IMG/VR virus record: IMGVR_UViG_3300025151_008277
Coordinates: 63,117-127,116 of that record
Length of the DNA stretch: 64,000 bases
Source of the DNA: a virus
Reading direction: 5' to 3' (one strand)
Shown here piece by piece: positions 36,944-45,415 of the stretch (positions within the stretch are counted from its first letter, which is position 1; each line of letters begins with the position of its first letter). Position numbers and translations under genes: made by a program. The notes under the pieces were generated by a model. It did not search any database. It saw only the letters and a program-made list of their open reading frames with translations, and was not told the DNA's origin.

Positions 36944-39267
36944 GTCAAGAAATTAATATCAACGCAAGTAAGACTAGTAGTTTAAAAAACTCACAAAAAT
37001 TTTATGGTAACTACTTAGGTATTGTTATACAAAATAATGATCCTGAAAAGGCAGGTAAGGTTAAAGTGTGGGTTCCTCATATCAGTCCTTCTGTGTATGA
37101 AAAATGGGACAACTCCAGCGAAGATAAAAACTTTAAATTCATCGGTAAGAATATTAACAGCGACTTAAGTGACATACTTGATGATTTAAAAAACATCTTA
37201 CCTTGGGCTACATGTGCAGCCCCCTTAAACGGTTCTAATAGCTCAGGTCGTTATCATGCAAATGATGAAACTGCAACGATTTCAGATAGTAATAATAAAG
37301 ATGATTTACTATACGAAGAAGACTTTGTCAAAACTAAGTATGGTTTGAATGACGATGGAGTAGGAGAGAAACCTGCTCGTAAATACGAAGTTGAAGACTT
37401 AAAAGTATCAGATGCATTTGTAAATGCTGGAGATACTCCGTTCGAGAATGCTAACAAGTACGGATTCAACTACACTCCTACCTCTTATAGTAACTCTGCA
37501 AAAGGTTCTTTCGGTGTACCTAATGTAGGTAGCCACGTATGGGTATTTTTCGATGACGGTGACCCTATGTGCCCGGTTTACTTTGCTGTTAGTTATGGTC
37601 AAGAAGATTGGAAATCAATATATGAAAACTCTGAAGAGAATGGTTTAGATTATCCAGGTACATTCGAAAATAAAAACGCTAGTTTACAAGAACAATCTGA
37701 TCACAATACTACTACTTATAGAAACAAATATGTAATAAACCAAAAAGGCGGTACATTAGAAGTAGTAAACACTGATAACAGAGAGTTACTCAAACTAACA
37801 CACTACAGTGGTTCATTTAAAGAGTTTAGTAACTATGTTAATACCGAGTTAGCAGTTAATAACGATCAAAAGCTAGTTCAGAACGATCAGTTTTTAACTG
37901 TTAAAGGTCATAAAGGAGTTTATGTAGGAGATGATTTAGATTATATTATTAACGGTGATCATTACCACAAGGTAGGTAACCTTAACTATAGTGTATTTAA
38001 AGAATACAAAGAGTTGTTAGACGGAGTAGCTGATGCTAAGCAATTATTTGATATTAAGCGAGCTACTACTATCAATACCGAGACGGGTTTCTTTAAAAAG
38101 ACTAGCGCCAATCAACAACAGTCAGGTAAGTTTGGTCCGTGTCCAGTTTGCACGGCAGGCTTCAGAGGTAACATTTGGGAAAACAAGTATAGCTTTACTT
38201 CTTTAACTATACCTGCTTATAATAATAGTGTTAATAGTTACGCATTCACAAATGTATCCTCTAATTATGATAGTTTATCATCTGAACTTATACAACCTAG
38301 CTCTAAAAGCGATTTTTTAGGTGGTAGTAATTGTCCTGTTTGTGGTGGAACTGGTTTGAGTCCTAGTACTGAAAACGGTACATGGGACGTAGAAGATAAA
38401 CAAGAGTTGGTAATAAACAGATTACAAACTATTAACGAAGATCTTATTGCTTTAGAAAAGCAAATGGGTAAAGGTGGTAATGAAATAATTTCTATTACAA
38501 AAAATAAAATAGAAAATATTGGTTTAGTATTAAATGATTTTCCTTCTATTAGAGTTGACAAAGCTGGTAAAATTGATACTCATGAAATTGCCGTTTTTGA
38601 CAAAGGTGTAGTAGCTATACAAAAAGAAAGACCTTTATTTGAATATGTACATGTAGATAATTTACCAGGTGGTACGCATGTACAGAATATTAATAATAAG
38701 TGGAATGTACAAGTTGGTGCAGGTGGTGTTTCAATTAAGTCTATTGGTGGGGTAGATATAGGTGGAGCTATAACCAATGTTACAGGTCAGCAAACTAATA
38801 TTGTCTCAGAAGAAGAAGTTAATATTGATGCTAAGACTGTTAACATTGCAGCAGAGATGATTCTTTTACGTAATAAGAAAAAACGTCAAGTTGTTGTTGA
38901 TGGTAATTTAGGAGTTAATCAAAATGTAGTTGTTGGTGGTTCATTGCATGTAGAAGGTGAACTAAGTGTTCATCATATAACAGCTCCTGTTGAAATACAA
39001 GAAACAGAGCCTGTAGTATTATATGGTAAGTTAGTAAAAGGTAAGATAAATTACTCTGATATTGGAGGCGGAGAAATTGATGTCGAGGGATCAGACGATA
39101 ATCTTGTATACATTTACGCTCATACTCATCCATTTAAGAATGTACCTCTTAAGTTAATGAATAGTAAAGATGATGTGAGAAAAGTAGGTCAAGCTGCTAA
39201 TCAAGATGAGAGAGGTAGTGCCATACCTGTTGTACATGAGAAGAAAGACGGAGAAACTATTAGCTAA
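36940..39267 (+). CDS. gp5: Baseplate hub / central spike (gp5/Vgr OB-fold)
   Basis: YLGIVIQNNDPEKAGKVKVWVP, VPNVGSHVWVFF..GDP..PVYF, beta-helix-like C-term, HTH near the end; start moved to 36940. Confidence 0.8.
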   Translation: MSQEININASKTSSLKNSQKFYGNYLGIVIQNNDPEKAGKVKVWVPHISPSVYEKWDNSSEDKNFKFIGKNINSDLSDILDDLKNILPWATCAAPLNGSNSSGRYHANDETATISDSNNKDDLLYEEDFVKTKYGLNDDGVGEKPARKYEVEDLKVSDAFVNAGDTPFENANKYGFNYTPTSYSNSAKGSFGVPNVGSHVWVFFDDGDPMCPVYFAVSYGQEDWKSIYENSEENGLDYPGTFENKNASLQEQSDHNTTTYRNKYVINQKGGTLEVVNTDNRELLKLTHYSGSFKEFSNYVNTELAVNNDQKLVQNDQFLTVKGHKGVYVGDDLDYIINGDHYHKVGNLNYSVFKEYKELLDGVADAKQLFDIKRATTINTETGFFKKTSANQQQSGKFGPCPVCTAGFRGNIWENKYSFTSLTIPAYNNSVNSYAFTNVSSNYDSLSSELIQPSSKSDFLGGSNCPVCGGTGLSPSTENGTWDVEDKQELVINRLQTINEDLIALEKQMGKGGNEIISITKNKIENIGLVLNDFPSIRVDKAGKIDTHEIAVFDKGVVAIQKERPLFEYVHVDNLPGGTHVQNINNKWNVQVGAGGVSIKSIGGVDIGGAITNVTGQQTNIVSEEEVNIDAKTVNIAAEMILLRNKKKRQVVVDGNLGVNQNVVVGGSLHVEGELSVHHITAPVEIQETEPVVLYGKLVKGKINYSDIGGGEIDVEGSDDNLVYIYAHTHPFKNVPLKLMNSKDDVRKVGQAANQDERGSAIPVVHEKKDGETIS

Positions 39268-39499
39268 CAATTCTCTCTGTTCTTTTATTGGTCTTTAGGT
39301 CAATATTAACAGCTTTAGTAATAACACCGTTCTTATATGTATAGAACACATTTCTACCTGATACTGAAGGCGGAACTATGATTTTACCTGAATTAGTATA
39401 TGTCTTTTTTATACTACTAGTCTTAGCGTCTCTAATTTCAATAACAATAAAGCCACGACTCTCTTTAGTAGTAACATAAAAATTTTCGGTATCCTTCAT
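39260..39499 (-). CDS. Hypothetical protein
   Basis: 79 aa; TAAATA-N6-ATG on the minus strand. Confidence 0.6.
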   Translation of the reverse strand: MKDTENFYVTTKESRGFIVIEIRDAKTSSIKKTYTNSGKIIVPPSVSGRNVFYTYKNGVITKAVNIDLKTNKRTERIVS

Positions 39500-39532
39500 T
39501 GTAATTATTTATGCGAAGATAAATATTATTAT
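39500..39532. promoter_or_regulatory. Back-to-back late promoters
   Basis: TAAATA on minus (39506-39511) and plus (39520-39525), each 6-7 nt from an ATG. Confidence 0.6.
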
Positions 39533-40741
39533 ATGGCAGAAATAAAGAAAGCAAGAATTTTTCTACGTAGAGGTACGGATGCTAGCCGTTTAGGTACAGA
39601 TCTATGCGAAGGGGAATTAGGTTATTCTACCAATGGTAAGCGTGTATTTGTAGGTGATGGTAGTACGTTAGGTGGTAATTCCTTAGGAACCACGGTGTTT
39701 TTATTGCCTGCAACATCGGCAACACTACCTACTGCAGACCCTTTTACCACTGTAACTACTCTTACAGCTGTCACAGCTGACGGTCGAGCTGAGATCGGGG
39801 ATATGGCTTTCGTTCCTGCTAGTACATATAATGTGAGCTCGTTTAATGGTTACGTCTCTGGATATCCTGCAGAAAATGTTACTTCAACTCCACACTCTAC
39901 ATTTGGTACTTTATATGTATTATCTGCAAGAGATGGTGGTACTGGTGCTTTAACATGGACAGTAGCTAATTCTGGTATACCTGTATCTCATCTAGATATT
40001 CCTGATAATAGTATTGCAGGTGATAAAATACATGGTGGTAGAATTTCTGGTGACTTAACCTTTAGTGATGATATAACTGCGTTGAGTTCATTAACATTAT
40101 CCGGCGTAGCAGCTTCAGCCTCTGAAGTACAGAACTTAACCGGTAGTATTATTTACCCACTAGGTATAACATCATCCGCAGAAGTTACTGCAGTTAGTTC
40201 AATTTATCAATTAGGAGTAACAACCGGTTCTAATACTGTTCCTTGTTCAGGTGCAAATAAAGAGTTAGAAGCTCAATGGAGTGGTTCAACTTTAACTTTT
40301 ACTACTAATACTACCAATACTGGAATTACTAATGCAGGTACTGGATCTACTGGTAGTATGAATAGTTATGCTGGATTCGGTGGCCAAACTCAATTGGGCG
40401 TGAATTACGCTAAAATTAGAGTTGATATAGCCGATGTAAGAGCTCTCACTAATAGAAGTGATTTACAGTGGAGCAATATCGATGATTTCATTTTCGCTTT
40501 CACCTCTGCTAATATGGAAACCAAGTCAGGGTTCTTGGGATATAGAGATCACGGGATGGGTATGAATGTTATTGTTAACTGGGATCTAAGAAGTAACGAT
40601 AAAGGCTCTATGGATACCCGCACACACGCAAATATGCACTATATACCTAACTCATATACTTCAGCTAATCAATATTTAGAAATGCACCTAGGTGGTGATT
40701 ATCCGTGTTCGTTAAAATTAATTGCTATAAAATTAAGATAA
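39533..40741 (+). CDS. Tail fibre / receptor-binding protein (Mtd/hyaluronidase-type N-terminus)
   Basis: RIFLRRGT...LCEGELGY...RVFVGDG..LGG; S/T/G-rich body. Confidence 0.7.
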   Translation: MAEIKKARIFLRRGTDASRLGTDLCEGELGYSTNGKRVFVGDGSTLGGNSLGTTVFLLPATSATLPTADPFTTVTTLTAVTADGRAEIGDMAFVPASTYNVSSFNGYVSGYPAENVTSTPHSTFGTLYVLSARDGGTGALTWTVANSGIPVSHLDIPDNSIAGDKIHGGRISGDLTFSDDITALSSLTLSGVAASASEVQNLTGSIIYPLGITSSAEVTAVSSIYQLGVTTGSNTVPCSGANKELEAQWSGSTLTFTTNTTNTGITNAGTGSTGSMNSYAGFGGQTQLGVNYAKIRVDIADVRALTNRSDLQWSNIDDFIFAFTSANMETKSGFLGYRDHGMGMNVIVNWDLRSNDKGSMDTRTHANMHYIPNSYTSANQYLEMHLGGDYPCSLKLIAIKLR

Positions 40742-41215
40742 TTACTCCCAAGGAAAGTTAAGCCAAACATCTGCTCCTTCAATACTGCTTGCATAATAAT
40801 CAGGTTTAAACTCTGATTTAGTTTTGTAGTATAAACAAGCAGTTTTAATATTCGGTACTTTTACTTTATTAGATAGAAATTTATATAGTTCGTGAAACTC
40901 TGATAATGTCTTTCCTGAGTCAGCTAAATCATCTACAAGTAGAACATTATTATATTTGTTTAGTTCATCAATTAGAGATAACGTTCCAGAGCTAAAAACA
41001 GTAGCCTTCCTTTCATTATCATCATTATAAGATTTTATTTGGATTGTCTTAAACGTAGGTACTTCGAGCTCGTATGATATAAGAGTTGCTGGTATATTAC
41101 CACCTTTCGCAATACCTATGATACAATCAAAAACAGTATTTGATTGTTGTATTTCTAAGCAAACTTGATGACTTAACGTCTTAATTTCTTTAAAAGAGAT
41201 ATCTTTATATTTCAT
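40742..41215 (-). CDS. Type I purine phosphoribosyltransferase (Gpt-like)
   Basis: IIGIAKGG, PRPP loop VLLVDDLADSGKT, WLNFPWE. Confidence 0.88.
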   Translation of the reverse strand: MKYKDISFKEIKTLSHQVCLEIQQSNTVFDCIIGIAKGGNIPATLISYELEVPTFKTIQIKSYNDDNERKATVFSSGTLSLIDELNKYNNVLLVDDLADSGKTLSEFHELYKFLSNKVKVPNIKTACLYYKTKSEFKPDYYASSIEGADVWLNFPWE

Positions 41216-41394
41216 TCTTCCATTTCCAATGTGACTGATTGTCCAATATATGGTATCAACTTTTTCACATCTTGCAAGAATTCTTTTTTGGCTTTTTCGT
41301 TTCCGATTTTTTTAGATTGTTCATACAGCTTTAGAATATAGTCAGCTGTAATGGTTTCGTCGACATACGTAGGTTTTACTTTTTTACGACCCAT
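41212..41394 (-). CDS. Hypothetical protein
   Basis: 60 aa, ATGA-coupled to the PRTase. Confidence 0.55.
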   Translation of the reverse strand: MGRKKVKPTYVDETITADYILKLYEQSKKIGNEKAKKEFLQDVKKLIPYIGQSVTLEMEE

Positions 41395-41427
41395 ATAAAT
41401 ACTTATTAGGAACCTAAATAATTCTAT

Positions 41428-44400
41428 ATGAGTAGCGTATATTCAGAAGTAACTGCAACATATTCAAGAGACAGAGTGTTAGAGAAATTCGATACTGCGA
41501 AGAATACTCTACCATATACTATTGATGATATTAAAATTAGTCATAACGACTATTTAGTAAGTAATGTATACAATGATGCTATAGATAAGCTATATAAAAA
41601 CTGGCTTTATTTGATAGCAAATGCAGAAATTTTTACTAAAACATCACCTACTACAGCTTTAACAGGTGATGGTGCTCGTTACATACAATTTGATAACAGT
41701 CTAATAACTGAAAATTTAACCGGGAACGGCTATAATCCATCAGGAACAACTACACTTTCATCTACTAATGAGATACATATAATTAAATCCCCTAATGAAG
41801 AAAAGGATTTAGTATTTTTATATGGTAATAAAAATAGTTTAGTTTTTAAAATTAATACTGACTTTACCGCAGGTTCAACTACATTATTATTATCAGGTAA
41901 TGAAGCAGAGTTCAATAAAAACTTTAAATTTGATAATATTGTTTCTGTAGATAATTACAGAGACTTCTTATTTGTATTAGATCAAGGTAGTAGTACATTA
42001 TATAAGTATGATATTTCTGGGTTATTGTACAAAGACCCTGCAATTGAAAGGACTGGTATTGACGATAATACACATCCAGGTAGATACTTAGTTAAGACTG
42101 TAGGCGGAAAAGGTAAGACTAACAGAAAAAATAAACTCGCAAGTCCTACTAGTATTAAAATATACAATAAAGAAGTTTATGTTTTAGATAACGGTAATTT
42201 TTCTATTAAAGTTTATGATACTAATTTTAATTTTATAAGAGATATAGCTGATAAAGAACTTTTTATAACCAACGATGGTAACACCCCGGTAAGTGTCACC
42301 GTAGATAGGGAATCTGATATTTCTTCTACTGGAAAGGTCTTTGTTTTATCAAAACACGGAACTATCACAACATACTCAGTTGATTTTAAAAATAAACAGG
42401 TATATAATCCTTTCGGGAAGTTTAGTAATGAGTTTGATTTAAATTACGCAGAACAAAAGAATTTTAAAAAGATAGTATCTTCTAAGTCTAACAACAATAT
42501 TCTGTATGTAATAACTAATAAACAAATAATTAAGTTTTATAAAACTAACTTAAACAGACCTATTTCATTTTTTGATATCCCTATTAGTACTTTATCAGAT
42601 GAGAGAATTAATAGCTTAGGAGTTGAGAGTGTTTCTGGAGTAGATAATTTACTTTTGCAAACAAGCTTAAGTTCAGGCCCTACTAAATTTAGTTTATATA
42701 AAGATTCAACTGATAATAAAAAATTATATCACGAAAACTTATATACTAATTTTTATACTCTTTCAGATATTGAAGTGAAGCCTCAAGAGATAGTTAACGC
42801 TATTACTTTTAATAAGACGACAGAAAAGCTAATTTACAATCATAGTTCTCTTTTCGAAAATTTAAATAAAAAGGTTTACGGTAGATATTCTAATACTAAA
42901 ACAGCTTTAATAAGCGCAGTTGTAGAATCTACATTTGATTTACCAGATATTTTTAGTATTACGGATGATTTCTACATAGGGTTAAATGAACCTTTATTAA
43001 CCGATATAATTAACAGACCGTTAACTAAATTATATAATCAGCAAGAGTCTTTATTTGACTTAATTAAAGAAAGTTATCTTAATAACTATCCCCCTGTTAA
43101 TGTATCAGAGTTTGTTGAATCTACTGTTGATATTTCTAATTTTCAGTTAATAAAATTTAATACATCCAATGTTACTGTTTCTGGAGGAGAAAATATAGTA
43201 TATGAAATAATTAGAAATACAACTATAGGTACTGCGTCTGCATCCTTTTATCATTCAGTAGGAAATAATTTTTCAACTGACGATCTAAATGGTGGTTTTG
43301 TACCTGAATCTGATCCAGAAAATATCTTTTTTCATACCGGGGTGAGTAGTATATCTGCTACATTTTTTACTGATAGTACATTTTATTCTGGACCAGATAA
43401 AACATTTGATATTTTACTTTTGAATCCGAGTGAAGGAGCTGTAATTGATAGTAATAATTATATTAGAACTACTACTATAAGACCAACAAGCGCTGACTAT
43501 ACTATTTCTTTATCCGCTACAAACCCAACAACCCTTACAGAAACACAATTAAGTACATTTAGTGTTATAAGAACCAATACCTATAATTCTTTTAATCATG
43601 AAATTAGTGCTAATATATTTACTACTAATTTAGGTCATACTTCGGATAGTGATTATCAAAAAATTAGTACAGATAATACATATAAAGGTAGTGTAACGGA
43701 TTTTGTAGGTACAGCTCCTGCGCAAGTTTCCGCTCTAGATATTCATAGTCAAGGCACTATTATTTTCCCATTCGGGGTTAGCGCTATATTTTTTGATATA
43801 AGCGCCGCAGGCGGCTCTGGTTTCGAATTTGGAGAACAATTTAAATTACAAATAAAAAACCCTAGTAACGGGGCTACTCTTGGAGCTGATACTTCTCAAA
43901 CAATTACAATTACTGAAAAAGTAGAGCCATTATCTATTACAGTTGATACTAGTTTTTCTACCAGACATGCAAATACTTATTATCTTAGTGGAGTTAATGT
44001 TTGGGATTTATTATCTGGAGATAGTACATTTCAAGATGTTTCAAATTTTGCAGTAAGTGCTAATCTTACTTTAGCAGATAACTTAACAGTGTATAGTCCA
44101 ACTACTGCTCGTGGAGCTATATATTTTGATGCTGGTACAATAACTGCCCCTTTACTGCAAGGAAGTACATTAAAAATTACTATCCCATCGAGTACGTATT
44201 TAGTAGGAAAAGGAGGAGCTGGAGGTACTGGTCTTAAATGGAACCCTGGTGGTGGTAATGGAACAGATTTAACAGATGTAGCTACAATTACAGTTCTTGG
44301 TATAGATGATATTGATGGCAAACCAGGCGGTCCTGTTATTACTTTAAGCTCATTTACATATGTTGAAATTGAAAATGCAGGTACAATATACGGCGGAAGC

Positions 44401-44925
44401 GGCGGTGGTGGAGCTGGAGTTTTACCTATTACAGCTATGGATATGTCTCCAATTTGGCCTGATATTAATGCTTCTTCTGGAGGAGGTGGAGGCGCTGGTA
44501 TAGCCCCGAACGGTAATAATAATACTGGAGTAGGAGCTGGTGGTAGTAAGTATGCAGGAGCGGGAAGTTTTGTTAACGCTGGTGCTGCTGGAACTCAAAC
44601 AGGTCCAGGCGCCGGAGGAAGTATTAATTTACCTGTTCCTCCAGCAACTGCATCAAACGCTTTTCTCGTTGTTTCAGGAGCCCCTGGTGGTAATTTAGGA
44701 GAAAACGGAGTAGGTAATGACTTTCCTGATGAAGCAAAAGCAATTGCATTACCTTATACATGGACTGAAGATATCTCCGCTTTATACGCTTTTCGAGGTG
44801 TTGGTGGAACTCGAGGCCGCGCCGTCGCCGGAGCGGAAGGTGGAGAAACTCTCCCGAGTGTTGCATGGACTACTAGAACATCAGATGTAAATACTGGTGG
44901 AGGTACTTGGTGCGCCAATACTTAA
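41428..44925 (+). CDS. Large virion protein: beta-propeller + Calx-beta/Ig-like + Gly-rich C-terminal adhesin
   Basis: NHL-like YVLDNGN..IKVYD, F.I.LLNPS.GA repeats, GKGGAGG/GGSGGGG loops; TAAATA-N7-ATG. Confidence 0.7.
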   Translation: MSSVYSEVTATYSRDRVLEKFDTAKNTLPYTIDDIKISHNDYLVSNVYNDAIDKLYKNWLYLIANAEIFTKTSPTTALTGDGARYIQFDNSLITENLTGNGYNPSGTTTLSSTNEIHIIKSPNEEKDLVFLYGNKNSLVFKINTDFTAGSTTLLLSGNEAEFNKNFKFDNIVSVDNYRDFLFVLDQGSSTLYKYDISGLLYKDPAIERTGIDDNTHPGRYLVKTVGGKGKTNRKNKLASPTSIKIYNKEVYVLDNGNFSIKVYDTNFNFIRDIADKELFITNDGNTPVSVTVDRESDISSTGKVFVLSKHGTITTYSVDFKNKQVYNPFGKFSNEFDLNYAEQKNFKKIVSSKSNNNILYVITNKQIIKFYKTNLNRPISFFDIPISTLSDERINSLGVESVSGVDNLLLQTSLSSGPTKFSLYKDSTDNKKLYHENLYTNFYTLSDIEVKPQEIVNAITFNKTTEKLIYNHSSLFENLNKKVYGRYSNTKTALISAVVESTFDLPDIFSITDDFYIGLNEPLLTDIINRPLTKLYNQQESLFDLIKESYLNNYPPVNVSEFVESTVDISNFQLIKFNTSNVTVSGGENIVYEIIRNTTIGTASASFYHSVGNNFSTDDLNGGFVPESDPENIFFHTGVSSISATFFTDSTFYSGPDKTFDILLLNPSEGAVIDSNNYIRTTTIRPTSADYTISLSATNPTTLTETQLSTFSVIRTNTYNSFNHEISANIFTTNLGHTSDSDYQKISTDNTYKGSVTDFVGTAPAQVSALDIHSQGTIIFPFGVSAIFFDISAAGGSGFEFGEQFKLQIKNPSNGATLGADTSQTITITEKVEPLSITVDTSFSTRHANTYYLSGVNVWDLLSGDSTFQDVSNFAVSANLTLADNLTVYSPTTARGAIYFDAGTITAPLLQGSTLKITIPSSTYLVGKGGAGGTGLKWNPGGGNGTDLTDVATITVLGIDDIDGKPGGPVITLSSFTYVEIENAGTIYGGSGGGGAGVLPITAMDMSPIWPDINASSGGGGGAGIAPNGNNNTGVGAGGSKYAGAGSFVNAGAAGTQTGPGAGGSINLPVPPATASNAFLVVSGAPGGNLGENGVGNDFPDEAKAIALPYTWTEDISALYAFRGVGGTRGRAVAGAEGGETLPSVAWTTRTSDVNTGGGTWCANT

Positions 44926-44935
44926 ACTTAAAATT

Positions 44936-45415
44936 ATGTTTGATCGTGTTTGTAAGTTTGATATAAGAAGAGACAACAGAGATTACATCTACAACTTTAA
45001 AACATCTAATGGTATAGAGTTTGATGTAGTATTTGAATATGTTAAAGCAGGTAAATGTAATTTAGATTATAAAAACTTAACTGAAGATAGTTACAAAGTT
45101 TTAAATTATAAAGATAATACTTCTATAGAATTATTCAGCACATTAGTTGCTATTATTGAAGACTTTAATAATTTAGTAGTACCAGACGAGATGGTTTTAG
45201 CTTATAAAAAGAGCGATCCAGAATCGAGGTATAAATTAACTAAAAAATTAGTTTTATTTTTTATTAGAAAATATAAGAAGAAACCAGGGTTTGAAAAGGT
45301 TTCTTATGAGGAGGAAGAGAAAAACGGGAGAATATATTTTAATCTCAAACGCAATGTAACGAATACTTTTTTACAAGTTAAACGGAAAAAAATAAACAAA
45401 AGGGATGAAGTTTAG
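44936..45415 (+). CDS. Hypothetical protein
   Basis: ATG at 44936 after the upstream stop; overlaps the clp gene start. Confidence 0.55.
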   Translation: MFDRVCKFDIRRDNRDYIYNFKTSNGIEFDVVFEYVKAGKCNLDYKNLTEDSYKVLNYKDNTSIELFSTLVAIIEDFNNLVVPDEMVLAYKKSDPESRYKLTKKLVLFFIRKYKKKPGFEKVSYEEEEKNGRIYFNLKRNVTNTFLQVKRKKINKRDEV

